A DNA stretch of 39,700 nt, from contig JBEQLE010000039.1 in assembly GCA_040326155.1 (NCBI GenBank), positions 1 through 39,700 of the forward strand, written 5' to 3'. How positions within the stretch are numbered: the stretch's first letter is position 1; every line of letters begins with the position of its first letter. This document shows positions 9,464 to 18,479 of this stretch, one piece after another. The translations under genes were made by a program, and so were the position numbers. The notes under the pieces were generated by a model. It had not been told where the DNA came from, made no database searches, and saw nothing but the letters and a program-made list of their open reading frames with translations. The DNA comes from Leptospirales bacterium. Its GTDB lineage: Bacteria > Spirochaetota > Leptospiria > Turneriellales > JAOUFE01.

Positions 9464-9617
9464 GCTAGTGCCGTGTCTTTTTAATTTGTTTCGCTAGCCG
9501 TCGGCTAGCCAACGGCTACCGCTTCACAAATTCAAGTGGGGACGCCACTTGAATTTGTGGCTGGATAGATGTTACATTAAAATAAGCTAATGCAACATCT
9601 ATCCAGCCACAGCACAG
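9464..9617. repeat. Palindromic MITE/REP-like element; related to 13891-13954
   Basis: Three stacked hairpins (9493-9509; 15-bp perfect stem 9525-9559; 24-bp stem 9556-9611) with imperfect terminal IR AGTGCCGTG/CACAGCAC. Confidence 0.7.
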
Positions 9618-9785
9618 TGTTAAAGCAAACGACAGCTTGTCAAAATAAAACGAAACGAAGGGTAAAAAAGTTTAAGGGTTATCCACACTGGTGGAGAGTT
9701 AGGCGAAATATAAAAATTTAAAATGAATTATGTCCCAATGGAAATAAAGTGCTTGCGTTCTACTACATTCTATTTACTTCTCATC

Positions 9786-10055
9786 ATGCCCGACAATGAC
9801 TATGAGAGCTGGTTACGCACTTCTCCGTTGGAATATAAAAAAGAGCTGTTAAAAACCTTTGTGGAACAAACAGTAGACTACGCTGAACAACATATCAAGC
9901 AAAGACAAGAGGAACTCTCCCTTGTTTCACAAGAAGACAAAGATGAAATTGCAAAACGGCAGGAACGACTGGCCAAATGGAACTCTTACATCGAGTTTCA
10001 AGACCATACGTTAGAGGAACTTAGTGGAGAGAAGCTGAATCGGTTCATTCCATAA
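9786..10055 (+). CDS. Hypothetical helical protein
   Basis: ORF 9723-10055; the charged helical sequence begins at MPDNDYESW, so ATG 9786 is preferred. Confidence 0.6.
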   Translation: MPDNDYESWLRTSPLEYKKELLKTFVEQTVDYAEQHIKQRQEELSLVSQEDKDEIAKRQERLAKWNSYIEFQDHTLEELSGEKLNRFIP

Positions 10056-10057
10056 TA

Positions 10058-10429
10058 TTATTTAAAATAAAATTTATTCATTTTACAATCAAACTGCAAC
10101 AAAGTCGCTTTTTTGCGAATTTCCTGATCAGATAACGGATTTTCTGCGTCTTTATAAACATAATCGTCTGTTTCTGGATACGATATCGCGTAAATCTTCG
10201 AAACACAAATATCAAATTCACTATATGCCAGTCCTAATATAGATATAATCTGAGTATGTCTTAAAACCCGGGTGGTAACCCCAATATAGACTTCGATAGA
10301 AGTCGTATCGCAACATTCGTTTGTAATAACGATATCCCAAAACTTGTCCGGGTATGTATAGACATGAATGGATACTAATGAATAAAATGTATCGAAATTG
10401 CTTAATAATGTAACATCAAACCCTGCTTC
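10058..10429 (-). pseudogene. 5'-truncated ORF remnant (123 open codons, no start)
   Basis: EAGFDVTLL...FDCKMNKFYFK* is open for 123 codons and breaks at the edge of the 193-bp duplicated segment. Confidence 0.6.
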
Positions 10430-10430
10430 A

Positions 10431-10623
10431 GGTTTTTCTCGTTTATCGCTCTTTTATAGTCCCCCTGTTTATGGCCGCCATTTTTTATATTTTATTTCGA
10501 AAATTATATTATTTCATATTAGACAAGCCAAAATTATCCCCGTGCCTTGCAGCGTCTATTACCGTTTTTACAATTCTCATTTTAATGGTTATACCCTTTG
10601 CGATTGTTGGTATAAACCTGACC
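10431..10623 (+). repeat. 193-bp direct-repeat copy of 14319-14511 (internal part of the AI-2E gene)
   Basis: Manual alignment: 180/193 identical, no indels. Confidence 0.95.
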
Positions 10624-10662
10624 GTATATTATAGATGACTCCAGTTTTCTTTAAAGTGGTGG

Positions 10663-10702
10663 AGCCGTACCGGAGCCAGACTTCTGTCGCCCCGGTACGG
10701 CT
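10663..10702 (-). terminator. Hairpin downstream of the CVNH gene
   Basis: 11-bp perfect stem AGCCGTACCGG/CCGGTACGGCT 12 nt after the stop. Confidence 0.55.
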
Positions 10703-10714
10703 AATTTTAACAAA

Positions 10715-11110
10715 TTATTTTTGTGCTAATTTTCCATTGTTATTTCCAATGCCATTTAATCGCAATGAAGCGGCAGCAAAAGTACCCTTTGCTGTCCTGC
10801 ATGATGCTACCAGGTTAACAGTTGATGTATTAACCACTACGATTTGTATATTCCCACAACTCTTCTGAAAACTACTGGCGCCACTACCCTGCACTAATTT
10901 TCCGTTCACATTGCTAATGCCCTGCAAAATCAAAGTTGACGGTTGCGCTGTTCCGTTTGCCTTCAAACATACAGCTTTCAAGGTTGGATCTTGCCCCTTA
11001 TACTCAAAGCCAATATTTGAACAAGTGTTCTGAAAACTTGAAGCTGCAAAAATTGTTCCTGTGACAAATACCAATGTCCCAACTACCGTTAAAATTAAAC
11101 TTTTTTTCAT
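10715..11110 (-). CDS. Secreted cyanovirin-N homology (CVNH) lectin
   Basis: Signal peptide plus two ~50-aa repeats: SSFQNTC..LKAVC..GISNVNGKL and SSFQKSC..LVASC..GIGNNNGKL. Confidence 0.88.
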   Translation of the reverse strand: MKKSLILTVVGTLVFVTGTIFAASSFQNTCSNIGFEYKGQDPTLKAVCLKANGTAQPSTLILQGISNVNGKLVQGSGASSFQKSCGNIQIVVVNTSTVNLVASCRTAKGTFAAASLRLNGIGNNNGKLAQK

Positions 11111-11343
11111 TTATTTCTCCTTAGTTTTTTCTTGAACCCGTTAAATCTGATTTTTCATCCGATTCAACAAGATCATCATGTGCCATAGTATTACATAAAA
11201 TTATATAGTCAAATACTTAATTTTATATCTTTTTTAGATTATATTTCTGGCATTAAATCCATCATTGAGATATGTCGCTTTCTCAGTAAAAAATATTATA
11301 TTCATTTTCAGTCAAATTTACTTACTCAACCGATGAATACTTC

Positions 11344-11372
11344 TTGCCAACAGACACACTCTTCCTTATACT
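11344..11372 (+). promoter_or_regulatory. Sigma70-like promoter for the kef operon
   Basis: TTGCCA-17 bp-TATACT, 12 nt before the ATG. Confidence 0.6.
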
Positions 11373-11384
11373 AAACCCTTCGTT

Positions 11385-11984
11385 ATGCAAAAAGTTCTTA
11401 TTATTTTTGCGCATCCGGCGCTACAAGGTTCTCGAATTAATCGTTCGATGATTGAGGGTATTGAGCGGCTCAAAGGAATAACATTTCATGATCTGTATGA
11501 ACTATACCCCAGATCTGATATTGATATTAAACATGAACAAAAATTGCTTTTAGAACACCAGTTTATTATTTTTCAGCATCCATTTTATTGGTACAGTATG
11601 CCTCCTTTATTGAAGGAATGGATTGACCTTGTGCTCGAACATGGTTGGGCTTATGGTTCTACAGGTAAATCTTTAGCTGGTAAAAAAGCAATGAGTATTA
11701 TAACGACCGGGGGCAAACAAGTTTCCTACCAAAATGACGGGTTCAACAGATATACAATGACCCAACTTCTTGCCCCAATGGACCAGACGGCATTTTTATG
11801 TAAAATGGAATATTTTCCTCCTTATGTTATCCATGGTACGCATCAATTGAGTGATGAAGAAGTACAAATAGAAGCAGAAAAATATAAAACATTTATTCAG
11901 AATGTTCGCGACCAGACATTTAACTTTACAACCGCCGCTAAAGTTAACCCTGAAAATATGAATCAAAATTCCAGGAAGAAATAA
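11385..11984 (+). CDS. kefG: KefG/KefF-type flavodoxin-like ancillary oxidoreductase
   Basis: IFAHP..SRIN, DLYELYP, FQHPFYWYSMPPLLKEWID.V..HGWAYG; adjacent to the Kef transporter. Confidence 0.88.
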   Translation: MQKVLIIFAHPALQGSRINRSMIEGIERLKGITFHDLYELYPRSDIDIKHEQKLLLEHQFIIFQHPFYWYSMPPLLKEWIDLVLEHGWAYGSTGKSLAGKKAMSIITTGGKQVSYQNDGFNRYTMTQLLAPMDQTAFLCKMEYFPPYVIHGTHQLSDEEVQIEAEKYKTFIQNVRDQTFNFTTAAKVNPENMNQNSRKK

Positions 11985-11994
11985 AGAAAGAGCA

Positions 11995-13872
11995 ATGTCA
12001 GATTTTTATTTTCAAGCAATTGTATACTTAATAGCCGCTGTAATCTCAGTACCTTTGGCCAAAAAACTTGGTCTTGGTTCGGTTCTTGGATATCTACTCG
12101 CAGGAGCAGCCATCGGCCCTTTTGCATTTGGTTTTATAGGAAGCGAAGGCGAAGACATTATGCACTTTGCAGAATTTGGCGTGGCCATCATGCTTTTTCT
12201 GGTCGGTCTTGAACTCGATTTAAGTCGTCTCTGGAAAATGCGCAACTCGATTTTAGGGTTTGGGGGAACACAAGTAATTGCTACAGCGGCCCTGATTACC
12301 CTTATTGCATCTGTAGTTGGAGTCGATTTAAAAAGTTCTATCGCCATAGGTTTCACATTCTCGTTATCATCAACAGCCATTGCACTGCAAATTTTAAATG
12401 AAAAAGGGTATATGACAAATGACGCCGGGGTAAAATCTTTTTCTGTTTTACTGTTTCAAGATATAGCCGTAATCCCGATGCTCGCTTTATTTCCTCTCCT
12501 GGCTACCATCGGAGTTGCATCAAACCATTCCTCAAGCGCCTCCTGGATTGCCGGGTATCCGATCTGGGTTCAGACGATGGCGCTTTTTGCCTCGTTTGGA
12601 ATTATGGTTACAGCCGGCAGGTTTCTACTTAGACCAATTTTACGCATCGTTGCTAAAACAGAGATTCGTGAACTATTTACCGCAGCAGCCTTACTTCTTG
12701 TTATTGCATCTGCTGTGTTTATGACAAAAATGGGACTAAGCCCGGCTTTAGGAACTTTCATGGCTGGAATTCTTCTTGCCGGAAGTGAATACAGACATGA
12801 ACTCGAAAGCGATATAGAACCCTTTAAAGGTCTATTGCTGGGACTGTTTTTTATCGCGGTTGGCGCATCTTTAAATTTTCAGCTCATAGGCGAAAACCCC
12901 GGTACGGTTGCATCCATTGTATTTGCATTGATATTTGTTAAATTTATAGTTATGTTTAGCCTTGGTCGTATTTTTAAAATGAGCTATGACAATAATATAA
13001 TATTTTCATCCGTATTAGCACAAGGAGGAGAATTTGCTTTTGTATTATTCTCGTTTTCAGTTCAAAACGGAATTCTTGATCAGGCAACGGTTGCGCCGCT
13101 TATTGCTTCGGTTGCAATTTCGATGGCTTTTACTCCCATCATTATGCTTTTCAACGAAAGAGTCATTCTTCCATACATAGGAGTACCAGAAACACAAAAA
13201 AGAGAAGCTGATAAAATAGAAGAAAAAGGGTCTGTTATTATTGCAGGTTTCGGAAGTTTTGGAAATATCATCGGACGATTTTTACGGGCCAATGGGGTTT
13301 TACCCACTGTACTGGATAATGACCCGGATAGAGTCGATCTTTTACGTAAGCTCGGACTGAAAGTCTATTATGGCGACGCTACCCGGCTTGACTTGTTAAA
13401 AAAAGCGGGAGCTGCAAAAGCGCGTATTATTATTCTAGCAATGGATGACCCTGAAAAAAATATTGAAATTGCAGGACACATTAAAAAGCATTTTCCGAAA
13501 CTTACTATTTTAAGCCGGGCACTACACAGGCCTGACGCTTATAAACTGCTTGAGTTGGGGGTAAAACATGTGTATCGTCACACTCTTGACACATCTTTAC
13601 GAGTCGGAGTTGACGCTTTAACACTTTTGGGCAATCGCGGATTTCAAGCACACCGGGCTGCGCAATCGTTTCGAAATCGAGATGAATCAGCGCTTCGAGA
13701 CCTGTCAAAATTAAAACACGATAGTAAAGATTATTTAAACCAGGCACGACAAGTTATTCGCGACCTCGAAAAAGTAATGCTGAAAGAAGCCGAAACAAAA
13801 GATCTGTTCAAAGACATTGGCTGGGACTCTGAAAGTCTTAGAGTAGATGTTCTAAAAAATTATCCAAAATGA
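11995..13872 (+). CDS. kefB: KefB/KefC CPA2 potassium efflux antiporter
   Basis: LGSVLGYL, AEFG, LSSTAI, LLFQD, HELESDIEPFKGLLLGLFF, C-terminal KTN domain (IIAGFGSFG, YYGDATR). Confidence 0.93.
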   Translation: MSDFYFQAIVYLIAAVISVPLAKKLGLGSVLGYLLAGAAIGPFAFGFIGSEGEDIMHFAEFGVAIMLFLVGLELDLSRLWKMRNSILGFGGTQVIATAALITLIASVVGVDLKSSIAIGFTFSLSSTAIALQILNEKGYMTNDAGVKSFSVLLFQDIAVIPMLALFPLLATIGVASNHSSSASWIAGYPIWVQTMALFASFGIMVTAGRFLLRPILRIVAKTEIRELFTAAALLLVIASAVFMTKMGLSPALGTFMAGILLAGSEYRHELESDIEPFKGLLLGLFFIAVGASLNFQLIGENPGTVASIVFALIFVKFIVMFSLGRIFKMSYDNNIIFSSVLAQGGEFAFVLFSFSVQNGILDQATVAPLIASVAISMAFTPIIMLFNERVILPYIGVPETQKREADKIEEKGSVIIAGFGSFGNIIGRFLRANGVLPTVLDNDPDRVDLLRKLGLKVYYGDATRLDLLKKAGAAKARIIILAMDDPEKNIEIAGHIKKHFPKLTILSRALHRPDAYKLLELGVKHVYRHTLDTSLRVGVDALTLLGNRGFQAHRAAQSFRNRDESALRDLSKLKHDSKDYLNQARQVIRDLEKVMLKEAETKDLFKDIGWDSESLRVDVLKNYPK

Positions 13873-13890
13873 ATTTCAACGATATTTTAA

Positions 13891-13954
13891 GCTAGTGCTG
13901 TGACTGGATAGATTTTACATTAGTTTATCTTAATGTAATCTGTCCAAACACAGC
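13891..13954. repeat. Degenerate inverted copy of the 9556-9616 hairpin
   Basis: GTGCTGTGACTGGATAGATTTTACATTAGTTTATCTTAATGTAATCTGTCC aligns to the reverse complement of 9556-9616. Confidence 0.7.
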
Positions 13955-13958
13955 TTAA

Positions 13959-14010
13959 GTCTATGACCGGTCATAGACCAACCGGTCATAGACCAACTGG
14001 TCATAGACTC
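13959..14010. repeat. 20-bp perfect palindrome with three tandem 15-bp units
   Basis: GTCTATGACCGGTCATAGAC (13959-13978); unit ACCGGTCATAGACCA at 13966, 13981 and, degenerate, 13996. Confidence 0.9.
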
Positions 14011-14184
14011 TGAGTGCAAAAGGCACTTCGAGTGGCGTGTCTAGCAAGAAGTATTATATAAAATGGTCTATTTTTTTACATTTGCCCTGGAATTCGCATA
14101 TTTCTGTAAAATAATCCATATAAAGGAAGAATGAAATATTTATTGATTTGACATTATATAAAATAATATCATTATGTCACATTC

Positions 14185-15324
14185 ATGATCAAGAAATTGA
14201 CAGATAAAATGAGCAAGAAGTCGAGTAAAGAGACAGAAGATGACTCTTTTGACCTTCTCGATTTTAGCAAAGTTATGCCCTGGATTACAACTGCAGTTTT
14301 TCTGGCATTCTTTGTTCTGGTTTTTCTCGTTTATCGCTCTTTTATTGTCCCCCTGTTTATGGCCGCCATTTTCTATATTCTATTTCGAAAATTATATTAT
14401 TTCATCTTGGACAATTCAAAATTTTCCCCGAGCCTTGCAGCGTCCATTACCGTTTTTACAATTCTCATTTTAATAGTTATGCCCTTTGCTATTGTTGGTA
14501 TAAACCTGACCTTAGAAATAAAATTTGTAATTGATTTTTTTCAAAAGCAGTTTACCACAGCGGCGCTAACAACACTTTATTCGGAACATACCTGGATTGG
14601 CGAGCTCACACGCATGAGTCTCGAAGAGTTTTCACAGCTACCTTCAAAAATTTCCCCGACTATACAAGATTTGGCCCCGAAAATTTTCAGCGCAGAAGTG
14701 CTGAGCCAGGGCCGTTTAATTGTGACAGACATATTTCGTATTTTGTTTAACTTTTTACTTTCTTTTGTCATTCTGTTTTTCTTGTTTCGTAACAGTGAAC
14801 ATATTAAAGAGTCTCTTTTTCGTAACCTGCCCTTTCCTGACGAGATTAAAAGCCAGATGGGGCAACGCATGATCGCAGTTTTCGACGCCGTTGTAAAAGG
14901 AAACCTGCTAATCGCCGTTGGCCAGGGAACATCCGTTGGAATTTATTTCTGGATATTCGGTCTTGCCACCCCTATTTTATACGGAATAGTTGGAGTTTTT
15001 CTCGGCCTGATACCGATTATCGGAACTACCGTCCTCTGGATTCCGGGAGCTTTGTATTTATATTTTCAAGGATTTACTATAAAAGCGCTTATTTTTGCTG
15101 TACTTTCAATGTCTACCTATTTGTTTCTTGAGAATATAGCGAAACCTCTACTGCTTGACAAAGAGCTGAATTTGCACCCGATGATACTCTTTTTTGCTTT
15201 TTTAGGCGGTCTTGCCGAATTTGGAATTAAAGGTTTAATTATCGGACCATTCGCTGTAACTATATTTCTTTCCATCTGGCAGATTATTAAAGTTTGGAAC
15301 TTGCGAAATGAATCGGTACAATAG
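14185..15324 (+). CDS. AI-2E family (PerM/YdiK-like) transporter
   Basis: Multi-TM protein; IPIIGTTVLWIP, ENIAKP, LHPMILFFAFLGGLAEFGIKGLIIGP. Confidence 0.9.
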   Translation: MIKKLTDKMSKKSSKETEDDSFDLLDFSKVMPWITTAVFLAFFVLVFLVYRSFIVPLFMAAIFYILFRKLYYFILDNSKFSPSLAASITVFTILILIVMPFAIVGINLTLEIKFVIDFFQKQFTTAALTTLYSEHTWIGELTRMSLEEFSQLPSKISPTIQDLAPKIFSAEVLSQGRLIVTDIFRILFNFLLSFVILFFLFRNSEHIKESLFRNLPFPDEIKSQMGQRMIAVFDAVVKGNLLIAVGQGTSVGIYFWIFGLATPILYGIVGVFLGLIPIIGTTVLWIPGALYLYFQGFTIKALIFAVLSMSTYLFLENIAKPLLLDKELNLHPMILFFAFLGGLAEFGIKGLIIGPFAVTIFLSIWQIIKVWNLRNESVQ

Positions 15325-16033
15325 ATTAATGTTACTTACGGGAGGCGCTTTCATTATAATTGCGTCGGCCTGGTTAATTTACAACACTTACTCCGGTATA
15401 GATCGTCCCTGGACGATTAAAATTGAAGGCAACAGAATGATGCCCGAAAAGGAGTTTGCCAGTTTAATATCGAATTATATTAACAACCGCAAAGGTAATG
15501 TCTCAGCGCAGGGAATTAAGAACCTGTTACTGCTAAACCCCCGAATAAAAAATTGCTCCGTTCATATTTCCCGAAATGTAATTGAAATTTCTCTCAAAGA
15601 GCAAGAAACAGGCTACCTGGAGCAAATATCTCCACATATTACAGAGCATACATTAAACGGTAAAACGCTACAAGAAAAAATTGAAAAGCTAGGTCATTTA
15701 AATCCAGATCAACCAATTTTATATTTGACCGCATCAAATGATATTGAGATAAAGACTTTAAAAAGTGACATAATACAGCTCTGGGACAAAACCAAGTATG
15801 CATACTCATTTATATGGACCAGAATCAGTGAAATAGAAATCGGACGGGATGAGACCGGTCACCCGCAAGTGTTTATATTTACAGTGAAACCCCCTGCTAG
15901 AATCCGGTTAGAGGGAAAGTTTGACGAAGAGAGTTTTCGGCGGCTATGGGCAATATTATATTATCTCGAACATTTACAACCTAAAAAGATGGTAAATGTG
16001 CAAATTTATAATGACCATGCGGTTATACTTTAG
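15308..16033 (+). CDS. ftsQ: FtsQ/DivIB-like cell division protein
   Basis: Single N-terminal TM, POTRA-like IKIEGN..L..NPRIK, directly upstream of ftsA. Confidence 0.65.
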   Translation: MNRYNRLMLLTGGAFIIIASAWLIYNTYSGIDRPWTIKIEGNRMMPEKEFASLISNYINNRKGNVSAQGIKNLLLLNPRIKNCSVHISRNVIEISLKEQETGYLEQISPHITEHTLNGKTLQEKIEKLGHLNPDQPILYLTASNDIEIKTLKSDIIQLWDKTKYAYSFIWTRISEIEIGRDETGHPQVFIFTVKPPARIRLEGKFDEESFRRLWAILYYLEHLQPKKMVNVQIYNDHAVIL

Positions 16034-16038
16034 TTAAT

Positions 16039-17262
16039 ATGGAAAACGAAGGCAATATCATTACATCTTTAGACATTGGCTCATCGAAAACGGTGGCGCT
16101 CATTGGTCGAGATCATTACGAGTCGGAAATCGAAATTATCGGAGCCGGCATAGCTCCATCACGCGGTATTAAATCGGGTGGGGTAACAAACATCGAACAA
16201 ACCGTAAAAAGTATAAAAGAGGCCATGGAAGAGGCCGAAATTATGTCGGGCATTGAAGTCTCCAATGTTATTATCAACGTAACAGGAAAACACATTCACG
16301 GCGATAACTCCATCGGTGTCATAGCCATTACCAATAAAGACCGTATTATAACATCCAATGATATTTACCGGGTAATTGAGGCTGCGCAATCTATACGCAT
16401 TCCTTCAGACCAGGAAATTTTACACGTTCTTTCACGTGCTTTTAAAGTCGACGACCAGGGTGGTATAAAAGACCCCACAGGCATGGTCGGGGTTCGTCTT
16501 GAAGCCGATGTCCACATTATTACGGGCAGTTCGACTCACATGCAAAATACCGAAAAAGCAATTCATGAATCGGGACTGCGCATTACAGATCGAGTTTTAA
16601 GTTCGCTTGCAGGCAGTTACTCGATTCTAAGTGAGAGTGAAAAAGAACTCGGTGTTGCCGTAGTTGATATTGGCGCCGGTGTCATGGATATTATTATCTA
16701 TGTTGATGGTGGAATTTCATACTCTACGGCGCTTTGCATCGGTTCTCACCACATGACGCAAGATATCAGCATTGGTTTAAAAACGCCAATCGAATCGGCT
16801 GAACTTTTAAAGAAAAGATATGGCTCAGTAGTTTCCGAGGCAATTGACCCCGAAGAGGTAATTGAAGTACCTTCGGTCGGCGATCGTCCGCCTCGTGTTA
16901 CTTCACGCAAAGAGCTTTCAGAAATAATGGAAGCCAGAATGCGAGAACTTTTAGAACTTATAGACCATGAAATAGTTCGCTCAGGAACCAAAAACACTCT
17001 TGCGGGAGGCATCATCTTCACCGGTGGAGGAGCTCTCGTAGAAGGTTTGGTTCAACTAGCTGAAGAGGTAGTCAACCTCGGAGCCTCTATCGGCGTTCCA
17101 AAAGGTTTTACCGGGGTCGTTGAAAAAATTTCATCGCCGGTATTTGCCACTGCTACAGGACTAATTCAATATGCTGCAAAGTACGGAGAAACACAGACAG
17201 ACAAAAAACACTCCGGGGGACTTTTTGACAGGATGAAAAACTGGATACAAGAAAACCTGTAA
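16039..17262 (+). CDS. ftsA: Cell division protein FtsA
   Basis: LDIGSSK, GVRLEADVHII, VVDIGAG, FTGGGA, amphipathic C-terminus. Confidence 0.97.
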   Translation: MENEGNIITSLDIGSSKTVALIGRDHYESEIEIIGAGIAPSRGIKSGGVTNIEQTVKSIKEAMEEAEIMSGIEVSNVIINVTGKHIHGDNSIGVIAITNKDRIITSNDIYRVIEAAQSIRIPSDQEILHVLSRAFKVDDQGGIKDPTGMVGVRLEADVHIITGSSTHMQNTEKAIHESGLRITDRVLSSLAGSYSILSESEKELGVAVVDIGAGVMDIIIYVDGGISYSTALCIGSHHMTQDISIGLKTPIESAELLKKRYGSVVSEAIDPEEVIEVPSVGDRPPRVTSRKELSEIMEARMRELLELIDHEIVRSGTKNTLAGGIIFTGGGALVEGLVQLAEEVVNLGASIGVPKGFTGVVEKISSPVFATATGLIQYAAKYGETQTDKKHSGGLFDRMKNWIQENL

Positions 17263-17279
17263 CGGGTTAGGAGGAAGAG

Positions 17280-18446
17280 ATGCTAGCATTTGAAGAAACA
17301 GAAAGATCGCCTGCTATTATAAAAGTGGTCGGAGTCGGTGGCGCAGGAATGAACGCCGTCGAAAGAATGGTCAGCCTGAATTTAAAAGGCGTAGAACTAA
17401 TATGCATGAATACGGATGAACAGGTTTTACACAAAAGTTCGGCGGATATAAAAGTTCATCTTGGCAATAAAATTACCAAGGGAATGGGCGCCGGAGCAAA
17501 CCCTGAAATCGGGGCGCAAGCCGCTGTAGAAGACAAAGATAAAATTGCCAATGTATTAAAAGGGGCCGACATGGTTTTTATAACCGCCGGCATGGGCGGT
17601 GGAACCGGAACCGGGGCCTCCCCCATTGTAGCTGAAATTGCAAAAGAGATAAACGCGCTTACTGTAGGCGTTGTATCACTTCCTTTTAAGGCAGAAGGGA
17701 TGCATAAAATGCAGACTGCGCGAAAAGGGCAAAATGACCTGCGTGATAAAGTAGACACTTTAATTACCATACCCAACGACGCCATATTTAAGATTATCGA
17801 TAAAACCACACCGATCAACCTTGCTTTTAAGGCAATAGACGATGTATTGGCCAAATCTGTCATTGGAATTAGCGATATAATAAATTCGACCGGTCATGTA
17901 AATGTTGACTTCGCCGATGTTCGAACGGTTATGAGCCAAAATGGTGACGCTGTAATTGGCGTTGGTGAAGGCACCGGAGAAAATCGGGTTCCCGATGCAT
18001 TACAACATGCTATCCATCACCCTCTTTTAGAAGGTAGATCAATTGAAGGGGCCAAAGCTGTTCTTATAAATGTTGTAGGCGGAAGCGATTTAAGCTTGTA
18101 CGAGTTTAACGAAATTCAAGAAACTATCCACGAAGTTGTTTCCAATGACGCCCAGATCATTGTGGGCTTTACAGAAGACACAACCAGAGAAGATAGAATC
18201 AGTATTACGGTAATTGCCACCGGTTTTCAAAAAATAGTTAAAAAAACAGAAGAAACAGTGCAAAAAAAACCCGAAAACCCCTATTATACAAATAGGGCGG
18301 AGCGTTTGCACGAACAAGCGCCGGTAGAAAAGAAGACAGGCACCGACGATACAAGCTATGGTCAACAACAGGGGTTGAATTTTCCCAGTATTGAGACCGA
18401 CTTAGAAAACCTGAACATACCGGCATACTTAAGAAAAAATAGATAA
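17280..18446 (+). CDS. ftsZ: Cell division protein FtsZ
   Basis: GVGGAG.NA, AGMGGGTGTG, NVDFADV, C-terminal IPAYLR; SD AGGAGG. Confidence 0.98.
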   Translation: MLAFEETERSPAIIKVVGVGGAGMNAVERMVSLNLKGVELICMNTDEQVLHKSSADIKVHLGNKITKGMGAGANPEIGAQAAVEDKDKIANVLKGADMVFITAGMGGGTGTGASPIVAEIAKEINALTVGVVSLPFKAEGMHKMQTARKGQNDLRDKVDTLITIPNDAIFKIIDKTTPINLAFKAIDDVLAKSVIGISDIINSTGHVNVDFADVRTVMSQNGDAVIGVGEGTGENRVPDALQHAIHHPLLEGRSIEGAKAVLINVVGGSDLSLYEFNEIQETIHEVVSNDAQIIVGFTEDTTREDRISITVIATGFQKIVKKTEETVQKKPENPYYTNRAERLHEQAPVEKKTGTDDTSYGQQQGLNFPSIETDLENLNIPAYLRKNR

Positions 18447-18479
18447 AACGCATTTTAATTAAAATCCGCCCGCTAAAAA

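Noticed and set aside
13959..14010. CRISPR mini-array
   Set aside because: Units are 15 bp and contiguous with no spacers; no cas genes.
10431..14511. Diversity-generating retroelement TR/VR pair
   Set aside because: Only 5 of 13 differences are at adenines of the non-coding copy, the pattern follows codon position, and no reverse transcriptase is in the window.
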